Shown piece after piece: positions 1-8,365 of a stretch of DNA of 31,738 bases. The DNA comes from a virus. Lineage: Duplodnaviria; Caudoviricetes. Position 1 is the first letter of the stretch. Each line of letters starts with the position of its first letter. The translations under genes and the position numbers were made by a program. The notes beneath the pieces were generated by a model. The model ran no database searches. It saw only the letters and a program-made list of their open reading frames with translations, and was not told the DNA's origin. The stretch is from IMG/VR virus record IMGVR_UViG_3300025357_000036, positions 1-31,738 of that record; one strand, 5' to 3'.

Positions 1-592
1 GATTCCAAATTCCTGTTTCGTCTAAAGAACCTGTCAAAAATTGATTATTGCCACCTGTACATCCAAAATAATTTCCTATATTATTCCACGGGCCATTATT
101 AGCACCAATGTTAGTACTAAAAACATTTGTGGAATCTGCATAAATATTTAAGTTGTAAGATGAATCTATAGTTACAATTATATTGACCCATGTATTTGCA
201 GGAGGATTGTAAGATGTGGGATACCAAGCAGGGCCACCAGATCCATTCATTGCTACTGCAAAATAACCAGAACTATTCCCGTTTGTTCTTATTAAAATTC
301 CATAACCACCAGAAGATTGTTGATCAATAATAGATTGTTCTACAGAAGAATCTGTAGTGTTTAACCAAAAACTAAAAGATGCTTCTCCACCAGCAGTTAC
401 TGGTGTTGTAAGAAAAGACAAATAACTTCCACCATTAAAAACAGCATCACCAGCAATGATACCAGTTCCAAGGCTTACTCCTCCGCTATTAGCAAGCGTG
501 TTTCCATTTCCTGTAGAATCCGCAAGGGATACGCCACCAGAACCATCATTATCAAAGTTCCAATAAGCTAAAATGCCATCCGTTAAGGCCAT
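1..592 (-). CDS. LamG/concanavalin A-like domain virion protein (3' end outside window)
   Basis: Manually translated from ATG at 592: MALTDGILAYWNFDNDGSGG..ADSTGNGNT..SFSFWL..NTWVNIIVT..GSLDETGIWN, the typical Laminin_G_3 motif series. Open to the window edge, so absent from the ORF track. Confidence 0.85.
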   Translation of the reverse strand, partial: MALTDGILAYWNFDNDGSGGVSLADSTGNGNTLANSGGVSLGTGIIAGDAVFNGGSYLSFLTTPVTAGGEASFSFWLNTTDSSVEQSIIDQQSSGGYGILIRTNGNSSGYFAVAMNGSGGPAWYPTSYNPPANTWVNIIVTIDSSYNLNIYADSTNVFSTNIGANNGPWNNIGNYFGCTGGNNQFLTGSLDETGIWN

Positions 593-597
593 GACTT

Positions 598-858
598 TTA
601 GCTTGTGCGAAGAATATTCGTAATGTTGTTGCTACCATCAAATGTGATAGCAATCGTTGCCACAACAATTCCTTGGTTGAGGCAGGTGATTAGTCCAGGT
701 TGCGGAGGAGTACCACCATTGTAGTTAGAAAATTGGACTTCCGTATAGGTAGGAAGATTGAAACCAGCAGTAGCATTCCAAATGTTCCAAAGCTGTTCGG
801 ATTCATTTGTCGTGTTCCATCCACCAAGACCAGACGTAGAGTTATCGTAAATACTCAT
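598..858 (-). CDS. hypothetical protein, probable small virion protein
   Basis: 86 aa, N/T/G-rich, tightly packed in the structural operon. Confidence 0.7.
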   Translation of the reverse strand: MSIYDNSTSGLGGWNTTNESEQLWNIWNATAGFNLPTYTEVQFSNYNGGTPPQPGLITCLNQGIVVATIAITFDGSNNITNILRTS

Positions 859-883
859 TGTTTAAAGGATTTAAAAGTCCAAT

Positions 884-925
884 TGGGACGGAGCAGGGGG
901 ATCGAACCCCTGCCCCATCTTTTTT
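884..925 (-). other. 13-bp hairpin with tRNA minihelix geometry; may also act as terminator
   Basis: Minus strand GATGGGGCAGGGG-TTCGATC-CCCCTGCTCCGTC-CCA; a T run follows the hairpin on the + strand. Confidence 0.6.
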
Positions 926-927
926 AA

Positions 928-1614
928 TTACTGAAGAAGACCAACAACGTACACATCACCCGTGATTGCACCAATGCGTCCAGCGGTATCAGCCGTGGAA
1001 GCCTCGGTGGTCAGCGAGGGGTTGTAGTACGAGAAGGTCGTAGCAGTTGCGGAAAGAACAGTAACAGTACCGTTGTAAGCCGCATTGCCAACCGTAAGAA
1101 CATCAACAACTGCACCAGCGGTGAGCCAGGCGGGAACGCTGGCAACCGTGAGGGTGCTGATGTTGTTGGCGGTGGAACGGTTCGTCGTAGCAAGAGCAGG
1201 AACGGCGGCAGTCGCAACATTCAGGGTAAGATTCTGAACAGCGGCGGCTCCATTGCTAGGCTTTGCAGTTGAGACAGGAACTTGACCAAGCACATAACCA
1301 TTCGTAGCGGGAGCTAGGATGGTTTGCGAGAGGCTTCCAGTACCATCAATCGCAACAACAGGAGTTGCAGGAAGGGTGGCAGTTGCAATGTTGTTACCAG
1401 ATGTGCCGTTATTAAGGGCAACAACTGCTTGGGTTCCATTGGTTCCAGCGGCGTTCGTGTAAACGATGGTGGCGAATGTCGGAATAAAGACATTCTCATC
1501 GTATTCCAGTTGACCGATGACGGTAGCTCCTGCTTTCGTGAAATCCACGGAAACAGGGCCGAAACGAACCTGGGTCAGGTTGTTAGGGACGGGAGGTGTA
1601 GTAGTAGCAGACAT
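928..1614 (-). CDS. probable capsid decoration/virion protein with FCCH-like beta-barrel segment
   Basis: A/T/V/G-rich beta protein downstream of the capsid gene; segment STLTV..LTAGAVVDV..YNGTVTV..TTFSY resembles the E1-FCCH-like domain common in phage virion proteins. Confidence 0.65.
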   Translation of the reverse strand: MSATTTPPVPNNLTQVRFGPVSVDFTKAGATVIGQLEYDENVFIPTFATIVYTNAAGTNGTQAVVALNNGTSGNNIATATLPATPVVAIDGTGSLSQTILAPATNGYVLGQVPVSTAKPSNGAAAVQNLTLNVATAAVPALATTNRSTANNISTLTVASVPAWLTAGAVVDVLTVGNAAYNGTVTVLSATATTFSYYNPSLTTEASTADTAGRIGAITGDVYVVGLLQ

Positions 1615-1638
1615 ATTAGTATTTTGATTTGTTAAGTT

Positions 1639-1968
1639 TTAGTAGTAGCTAGGAGTGTTATACACAACATTGTCGAGGGTATAAGTCACGTTCACCGTAC
1701 CAGCGGTCGTAGTGACCGTGATTGGGGTGTACAGCGTTCCACTACCAGAGGTAGTAAAAGCTCCCGTAAACGTAACACCATTGATCGTTGCATTACTGCC
1801 AGAGGGGGCAGTAATCGACCAAGAGATTGCGCTCGTAGGAATCGTGAAACTTGTACCGTTGGCAACGGCGACAAAGTAAGGAGTCAAGGGTTGCCCCCAC
1901 CCTACATAACGTAGGGCAGGCGCGTTCAAGACATCCGATGGGGCGTAAACCGAAGGATTAAGTGACAT
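1639..1968 (-). CDS. small virion protein (head-associated, putative)
   Basis: 109 aa T/S/G-rich beta protein immediately downstream of the capsid gene. Confidence 0.65.
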   Translation of the reverse strand: MSLNPSVYAPSDVLNAPALRYVGWGQPLTPYFVAVANGTSFTIPTSAISWSITAPSGSNATINGVTFTGAFTTSGSGTLYTPITVTTTAGTVNVTYTLDNVVYNTPSYY

Positions 1969-1988
1969 AGGATGTTTCCCTTAATTGT

Positions 1989-3398
1989 TTAGATAGGCTC
2001 CGTAATAACATCCGAGCAGACGTAGCAGTCGGGAGTATATTGCGGTGTGTAGTTCGGGGCGAGGGTGCAAGCCGCAGGAATGATCAACTGTGCATTGTTC
2101 AACCTGTGAAGGATGGAGTGCATCAGAGTAGGATCTTGGAACTGCATACCCATACGGAACTGGTTCCAGAAGAAACCTTGATCACGCTTGATATTGCATT
2201 CCCAATCTGGGTTCTTCCACTCCCAATCACCAGCGTAGTTCTGGGTCATGCCTTGGGCTTCACCAAGACCACTCTGGGAAGGGCTGATCCACTTGATCAT
2301 AGCCTTGTTGACCCAAGGGTTGGTGATACCGAAGTCGGCGTTGGCGAAGGCAGGGTTCTGAACATACTTGCAACCAAGCTCGGTGGTCACAGGGATGTAG
2401 GGCAGAACGCGAACCAGACGGGGCCAGGTGGAAACGTCATTGGCGTTGAAGGTCGGGAGAGAGGCATTGTAAACCCAATCCACATTCAGACGAACGCCGT
2501 TGATGTCGTTGCAGAAAGCGTAGTTTCCGATGACGCGATCAATACCCAAGGAGTACTGAAGTTGCTTGTCATCGAAATCGCTAACGCTCTCCCACCATCC
2601 ACCAGACTGCTTGGCATACTGCCAAAGCTGACGAAGGACGCGAGCATCGGGAACGATGATCTCAAGGAGGGGACGACCAGCGGCTTCCGAAACGTCGAGA
2701 CGATAAGCATCATCTTCACGCTGGAGGTTGATGAGGATGTCATCAAGGGTGTCGAGCGAGAGAAGACCGATGTTGTTAAGCTGGCTGGCAGGTAGCTTCA
2801 CATAGACATAGCCCATGTTGAAGGAACCCTCGTTCGTACCCTCGAAGGGCTGAACGATGAACATCTGATCGTCGGGAGCAACGCAGGAAACGAGGGACTG
2901 ACCATTGCTGATCGGAACCCACTTGTGTCCAGCACCACCGATCCAGTTGGAACGGGCGAACTCCTCATGGACGTTCTTGGTGATGTTGACGTTGGTAGCC
3001 ATGATGTGATCCATCTCTTCCTGTGGGAACAGACGATACATGAAGTCGGTAAGCTGATACCAATCGGTACGCATCGCCTTGGTGAAAAGGCTGAAGCTGT
3101 AGGATTCCGTACCAGGGTGAGCAATGAACTCAAACTGAACATCATCAGCATTCTGGATGCAACGACCACTCTGGACTTCCTGCCAAGGTTGATCGGGGTT
3201 GTACCAACCGCGACCGAAGCGGAATGCTTTCATGGTCGGGAGGGTGTTGAGAGGCCAAGTCTCGGTTTCGAGACGACCATAATAGATGGAGTTAATCGCC
3301 ATCTTTTTAATAAAAAACGGGTTGTAGTACGTCCTAGCCTCACGGAAGAGGGTATCAACGTCTTGGCAACTCGAAAAAGTTACGCCGTTTTGGGCCAT
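1989..3398 (-). CDS. major capsid protein (probable)
   Basis: 469 aa; position after portal and scaffold; strong C-ending codon bias typical of highly expressed genes; has its own upstream promoter and leader. Confidence 0.75.
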   Translation of the reverse strand: MAQNGVTFSSCQDVDTLFREARTYYNPFFIKKMAINSIYYGRLETETWPLNTLPTMKAFRFGRGWYNPDQPWQEVQSGRCIQNADDVQFEFIAHPGTESYSFSLFTKAMRTDWYQLTDFMYRLFPQEEMDHIMATNVNITKNVHEEFARSNWIGGAGHKWVPISNGQSLVSCVAPDDQMFIVQPFEGTNEGSFNMGYVYVKLPASQLNNIGLLSLDTLDDILINLQREDDAYRLDVSEAAGRPLLEIIVPDARVLRQLWQYAKQSGGWWESVSDFDDKQLQYSLGIDRVIGNYAFCNDINGVRLNVDWVYNASLPTFNANDVSTWPRLVRVLPYIPVTTELGCKYVQNPAFANADFGITNPWVNKAMIKWISPSQSGLGEAQGMTQNYAGDWEWKNPDWECNIKRDQGFFWNQFRMGMQFQDPTLMHSILHRLNNAQLIIPAACTLAPNYTPQYTPDCYVCSDVITEPI

Positions 3399-3630
3399 AG
3401 TATTTTGGGTTTAGTGTTTGTTTAATGCCCCAAAAAGGATCGCTCCCTTTTGGAACACAGTTATTGTGTTTAGGGTTTGCGATCTGGCAACCATCGCGGG
3501 TTAGCTTGATCACCCCACTATTCTCCAGTTTAACGATCTGCTTGTTATTTAATGTGGGTCGCTATCCCACTCATCGTTTCAACCGAGAACAGTTGGCTAA
3601 TCAAAACCAACCAATCCAGAGTTATACTGA
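3399..3630 (-). ncRNA. structured 5' leader upstream of capsid gene
   Basis: Several hairpins on the - strand, including a 14-bp stem with a GCGA (GNRA) tetraloop at 3426-3457. Confidence 0.45.
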
Positions 3631-3636
3631 CAACGG

Positions 3637-3666
3637 ACTATTAGATGTTTTGTAATAGCCCGTCAA
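3637..3666 (-). promoter_or_regulatory. sigma70-like promoter for capsid operon
   Basis: TTGACG-N17-TAATAGT directly after the scaffold stop codon. Confidence 0.5.
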
Positions 3667-3674
3667 CAATAAAA

Positions 3675-5009
3675 TTATCTATTTCTAAATTTTGCAAAGA
3701 GAGCCGCTGGTGTGCGTTCCTCTGATTCCGTAGCTCTTCCAGAAGAAGATGAACCAATGCTTCCCTCCGAAGTTCCAGAACCACGCATTTTCTTAATTGT
3801 TTCATTAAGTTCACTAACTTGTTTTTCAAGTGCAAATGTATATGCGCGGGATTTCTTAAATTTTGCACCCTGCTGAAGCACACGGGTAATCTGTTCTGGA
3901 GTGAAGTTGCTGTTTTCGCGCAGGGCGGCTTCAGCAATCAATTCATCCTCTGATGTATCATCATCAATCTTTTGGGAAGCAATGATCTTGGAAACTTCTT
4001 CTGGATATTTAATTGCATCATCAAGCTGTTGTTTGGCTTGTGCAAATGCATCCTGCCACCGCTTTCCAATTTGTGTTTTGGTCATGGAAGCACGACGATT
4101 CTTTTCCTCATCAATCTGTGCTTTTGTGGTCTGCCAATTGATCAATGCCTCATTCCTAGCTTCAATTTTAGCAAGAACATCATAAGCTGTGCTTTGGAAT
4201 TTAGCCTGTTCCATAGGAGAGAGATTCTCGTATATGGAATTAAGAGTCTGTTTGGAAATCTCGCTTTGTCGCATTCTTTCATTTTGATCTTGTGACGTAA
4301 GTGATTGCTCATAAGCGGCAACAGCTTTTGAAAATTCGGTAAGTGTGGTTTGATCTCCACCAACAAGCATTTTGACTTGATTGTATCCAGAGAGAATTGG
4401 TGCATCGTAATCACGCTTGAAGTTAGGATCAGCGGGAAGATTAAGAAGTGCATTGGCTTGACGAAGATTCTCAATATCAGCCATTAAAGCCTCTTCACGT
4501 TCTTGACGTTCTTTAACAGCCTGTTCAAGTTCTTGACGAATCTTCTCCATTTCTTTCTTTGTTCCTCCGTCATCCATTTTGGAACGAAGTTCCTCAATTT
4601 CCTTTTCGTATTCGGGAATCTTTTCTACACGGGCTTTGAGTTCAGCGGCTTCCTTGGCAAGCTGTTCATTGGTTTGTTTGAGGGACTTGATGAAACCAGG
4701 CTTCTTTTCATCGTCAATCAATGACGCTTTGGTTTCTGGTTCTGGTCGGTTATTCTCCGCAACTTTTAGGGAATCTTTCTCCGCATCAATACGATCTTGG
4801 AACTGCGTAGTATCTTGATTCAACTTCTCTGCCATCTTTTTGAAAAGATCAGAAGGATTTCCCTTGGGGGCTTCCTTGATGTCAGCCTTAAAAAATGAAT
4901 CTGCTTTTTTAACAGCGGCTTCCCTTGCGGCTTTATCCGCTTCACGTGCGGCTTGAGCATTGATGGTTGCTTGTGTTTGTACAGGTTCGGCAATGGCAGT
5001 TTCAGACAT
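3675..5009 (-). CDS. capsid scaffolding protein (probable)
   Basis: 444 aa E/K/Q/A-rich coiled coil between portal and capsid genes, with a G/S linker and a short basic C-terminal helix. Confidence 0.7.
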   Translation of the reverse strand: MSETAIAEPVQTQATINAQAAREADKAAREAAVKKADSFFKADIKEAPKGNPSDLFKKMAEKLNQDTTQFQDRIDAEKDSLKVAENNRPEPETKASLIDDEKKPGFIKSLKQTNEQLAKEAAELKARVEKIPEYEKEIEELRSKMDDGGTKKEMEKIRQELEQAVKERQEREEALMADIENLRQANALLNLPADPNFKRDYDAPILSGYNQVKMLVGGDQTTLTEFSKAVAAYEQSLTSQDQNERMRQSEISKQTLNSIYENLSPMEQAKFQSTAYDVLAKIEARNEALINWQTTKAQIDEEKNRRASMTKTQIGKRWQDAFAQAKQQLDDAIKYPEEVSKIIASQKIDDDTSEDELIAEAALRENSNFTPEQITRVLQQGAKFKKSRAYTFALEKQVSELNETIKKMRGSGTSEGSIGSSSSGRATESEERTPAALFAKFRNR

Positions 5010-5030
5010 GGTATTTATTGGTTTTTGTGG

Positions 5031-5315
5031 TTACTTGCGGAGTGAGAGTTCTTCTTCAGACAATGTTTCATCCAAGTCTGGATCAATATCTGGTTTCTTA
5101 TTGTTTAACTTTACAGAGGATTTCATGGATGTTTCAACAGAATTAAAGGTATTCTGTTCAGCATCATTTGCATAATCCTGCAATGCTCTAAATACTGCAA
5201 CTACTGTTGCGTGATCTTTATTTACTAATTCCTCGTAGATTGCGGTTTTTAGTTCGCTATATCTTTTGTCGTTGATGAGTGCGGCGGCGAGGTTAGTTAC
5301 GTTTGGGTTATCCAT
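5031..5315 (-). CDS. hypothetical protein
   Basis: ATG at 5315 overlaps the end of the portal gene; 94 aa. Confidence 0.7.
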   Translation of the reverse strand: MDNPNVTNLAAALINDKRYSELKTAIYEELVNKDHATVVAVFRALQDYANDAEQNTFNSVETSMKSSVKLNNKKPDIDPDLDETLSEEELSLRK

Positions 5316-7923
5316 TCTGTTGTCCAATTTGCGGGTTGCTTTGTGTTACTGCTTCCTGCCCCTGTATGGCTTGTTGTTGAGCCATCATGTCTTGGGCATT
5401 CATCTGTTGTTGCTGATCAAGCTGTTGTTCATGTTGATCCTGCATGATCGTTGAATCATGTGCGGCTTTCGCACGACGAATTTGAATCTCGTTTGCGGCT
5501 TTTGCCCTCTTGGTGGCAAGATCAGTAGCAACTCTCTCCATCGCATTTGAATTGTGGAGTTGTGCTTTCTGTGCCATAGCCGCAAGTTTGATGTTCTCTT
5601 TCTTCTGCAAGCTATCGGTTTGGATAGCTTCCTTGGCAACAAGTGCCTGTAGCTTGATGGTGTGAGGATCTTGATCCCCTCCCTGACCTTGCTGTTGCTG
5701 ACGAGACTTCTCAATCTGTGCAAGCTGGCTACCAAGCTGATCAACACCACGTTGAAGCTGTTGCATCTGCTGTGCAAATCCTTTTGCCAATGCTTTCTTT
5801 GTGGGATCTTTCTGAATGAATCCGAGGTGAGCAACCATGTGCGGCCCCTTGAATCGCATGAGGCAAGCATAGATGTCTCGCATAAGTTCCACAGCTTCAT
5901 CTGGAATTTGCTGTGCGGCTTGACCACGGGTAGGAGTCTGTTGATTGACACCGCTAGATTGCAGGGCGGCTTCTGCTTCCTGTATGGACATTGCGGCATC
6001 TTGGAAGTGTGCCTTGAAATGCTCGACATGATTTTGGTCAGGATACACTTGAAAGTTGGCGGGATTTCCCTTGGGATCAGTCATGCCAATGTTTTCCATG
6101 GAGATGATTCCCTTTTCGTCAGGAATATCAACCGTAGTCTGTTTGATGTAGCGATTGACATTTTGACGACCATTGAGTGCGGCAATTGCATCGGCAATAG
6201 CGTTGGCTTGACCCTCATTCATTGGGGTCATTCCTGTAAGCGAAACAGTCTGTTGAGCCGCCATCAGCTTGTAGGAAGGACTTCCAGAACCAGAAAGCAT
6301 ATTGCTCTCAAGGTTTTCAATGTTCTCCCACTTCCATGCTTCTTCTGGAACTCCATTCTCTTCCATGAAGTCTATAAACTTTTGTTTCAGCTTGTATCCG
6401 TAACCACCTTTTGTGGTTCTGCTCATGCGTTTGTAAAGCATCTTGAGCCATCGGGTTTGGTTATCGTTGAAACGACGAATTTGTGTACCCTGTAGCTTTG
6501 CCGATTCAGCGGCATCCAGTTGCGCTTCACCCTTGGTACGAGCCTTTCCACCCCTGTTTGCCATGCCAATATTGTACGCACCAATTCCTCTATAAAGGTC
6601 GGCTTGATAGAACTGGATTCCAGCAAGGATTTCTTGGAAAGGAATGTTTACGGAAACTTGATGAGGTTCAACATCTTGTGGAAGAACCATCCAAGGCATC
6701 CACTCCATTTGCTTGAGTTTTTTGGTAGCTTCAGCAGAACCACCCTTAAACATGAGACGTGTATTCCAATCAACGGAATCCATGAAACGATTCATGTGGA
6801 TGTCATAGGCACGACATTGAATGAAAACTGCTTCAGCAAGACCTTGGATCTCATGCCAAATACCAGAACCAGTAGAATCGGTCATGGGAGCAATGATGTC
6901 TGCCCAACCATCTTCATCTTTTTCTACCCAATCTTTCTTGTAATACAGGAAACCAGTTTGGTCACGATACTCTTCTTCAGTAAGATCCTTGCGACCATTT
7001 TCTTTATAGCCAAGAACAAGACCTCCATAGTTCTGGAGAAGTAGCATCTTGGAAATGCTTCCATTGAACTCCATAATGTAAAGTTCATATAACTCAATGC
7101 GAAGCGTGTAGAGTCGGGAAAGATTCATGTTGCCAGAGGCAACGTCTCGCAACCATTCCGTATTGGTATAGGTGTTGCGGTAATTGGTTGTAAACATTCG
7201 CAGGGCATCAACACAAGCCCAGAAGTTCCACCCCATATCTGTGGCGTGTTGTTCTGCCTTTTGGGGATCTTCCTCCCCGCCCGTAATCTTGAGCCAGAAC
7301 TCAAGTGGGGTGTAGCTACGTTTGATGCAAATCTCACCCAAGTTCGTGAGATCGGCGTATGTTTTATCTGGAATCAGAACATTGGAGTTATGGAAACTTT
7401 TTGTAGGCCATCCATCACGATCCTCTGCAATTTCAAATCCCTTTCCATAAAGGGTCATTTCTTCAACATCTAGTTCGACGTTGTAGTTATACGATGACCA
7501 TGAGCGAAGCATTCTATCAAATCCAACGCTGATAAGATTACTCCAAATTCCTTTTTCGGTTGGATTGCCAATTTTGGTGGTAATGTTTGCGGCGGTATTT
7601 CGCTCCATTACCATGTCCACAAAGCTGGACTTCTGATTATCCACGATGAACTTCATTTGACGGAATGGCACATTGCTCATTCCTTGAAGTTGACGGGAAG
7701 CTACTTGGCTATAATCGGTTGGAGGAAAACCTTTATAACATTTGTAGATGCGTCCCCATTTGCGCTCACGACCAGCATTATCCAAACGAAGATTCCAGCA
7801 AATTGTAAAAGCATCGTTGGCAGTTTGAACCCTGCTTGTAGGGGCAACGCCATTAGAATTGATTGTGTTGAATCCCCATGAGGAGACCCCTTCACGATTA
7901 ACGATCTTTTTAGTTTTTGCCAT
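5308..7923 (-). CDS. portal protein (P22-like, long Q-rich C-terminal helix)
   Basis: 871 aa, mostly helical; position upstream of scaffold and capsid genes; Q/A-rich C-terminal coiled coil. Confidence 0.75.
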   Translation of the reverse strand: MAKTKKIVNREGVSSWGFNTINSNGVAPTSRVQTANDAFTICWNLRLDNAGRERKWGRIYKCYKGFPPTDYSQVASRQLQGMSNVPFRQMKFIVDNQKSSFVDMVMERNTAANITTKIGNPTEKGIWSNLISVGFDRMLRSWSSYNYNVELDVEEMTLYGKGFEIAEDRDGWPTKSFHNSNVLIPDKTYADLTNLGEICIKRSYTPLEFWLKITGGEEDPQKAEQHATDMGWNFWACVDALRMFTTNYRNTYTNTEWLRDVASGNMNLSRLYTLRIELYELYIMEFNGSISKMLLLQNYGGLVLGYKENGRKDLTEEEYRDQTGFLYYKKDWVEKDEDGWADIIAPMTDSTGSGIWHEIQGLAEAVFIQCRAYDIHMNRFMDSVDWNTRLMFKGGSAEATKKLKQMEWMPWMVLPQDVEPHQVSVNIPFQEILAGIQFYQADLYRGIGAYNIGMANRGGKARTKGEAQLDAAESAKLQGTQIRRFNDNQTRWLKMLYKRMSRTTKGGYGYKLKQKFIDFMEENGVPEEAWKWENIENLESNMLSGSGSPSYKLMAAQQTVSLTGMTPMNEGQANAIADAIAALNGRQNVNRYIKQTTVDIPDEKGIISMENIGMTDPKGNPANFQVYPDQNHVEHFKAHFQDAAMSIQEAEAALQSSGVNQQTPTRGQAAQQIPDEAVELMRDIYACLMRFKGPHMVAHLGFIQKDPTKKALAKGFAQQMQQLQRGVDQLGSQLAQIEKSRQQQQGQGGDQDPHTIKLQALVAKEAIQTDSLQKKENIKLAAMAQKAQLHNSNAMERVATDLATKRAKAANEIQIRRAKAAHDSTIMQDQHEQQLDQQQQMNAQDMMAQQQAIQGQEAVTQSNPQIGQQNG

Positions 7924-8312
7924 TACCCGATTGCTTTGTTTAATGCCTCACGGCGGCGTTGACAAGATGGACAATTCTTTGCCCTTGTTTCCAATTGGGC
8001 ATTGATGCCAAATGTAGAAGCAACCTTATCACCGAGATGAGCAAATTTGTGAATTACGTTTGCGACCGCATCGCCAGCCTCTTGCCAACAATACTGACCA
8101 GCAATACGCTGACAAATTTGTTGCTCGACTAAATAATCTAAATTGTCGGGAATGGCAACATTCTTATTAGTCATGTCTGACTTAATCTTTTGAATGAATT
8201 GCCTCCCAAATGTAAGATCCATTCCGTTTACACGATAGGTGTTACCCTTATCGTCGCTGTATTGATACCAAAGACCGCCAGGGATTGCCTCGTTAGGGTT
8301 TTTGAGCTTCAT
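7923..8312 (-). CDS. hypothetical protein with Cys motifs (C-terminal CPSC..RR..LN)
   Basis: 129 aa, TAATG-coupled to the portal gene. Confidence 0.75.
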   Translation of the reverse strand: MKLKNPNEAIPGGLWYQYSDDKGNTYRVNGMDLTFGRQFIQKIKSDMTNKNVAIPDNLDYLVEQQICQRIAGQYCWQEAGDAVANVIHKFAHLGDKVASTFGINAQLETRAKNCPSCQRRREALNKAIG

Positions 8313-8322
8313 GTGAAACCAA

Positions 8323-8355
8323 ATGCTTGCCCATATTTATAAAATAAGTCAAACT
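8323..8355. promoter_or_regulatory. overlapping divergent promoters (head operon / terL)
   Basis: Minus: TTGACT-N18-AAGCAT. Plus: TTGCCC-N17-CAAACT. Both lie in the 53-bp divergent gap. Confidence 0.45.
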
Positions 8356-8365
8356 TTTATTCTTC

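Noticed and set aside
884-919. Complete tRNA gene
   Set aside because: No D arm or anticodon arm; upstream sequence is the coding end of gene 928-1614.
2040-3425. Long + strand ORFs (251 aa, 166 aa) antisense to the capsid gene
   Set aside because: Expected shadow of strong codon bias in the sense gene; no recognisable motifs or start signals.
5400-7895. Alternative-frame and antisense ORFs within the portal gene
   Set aside because: Fully nested in a long well-supported gene; composition is not protein-like.
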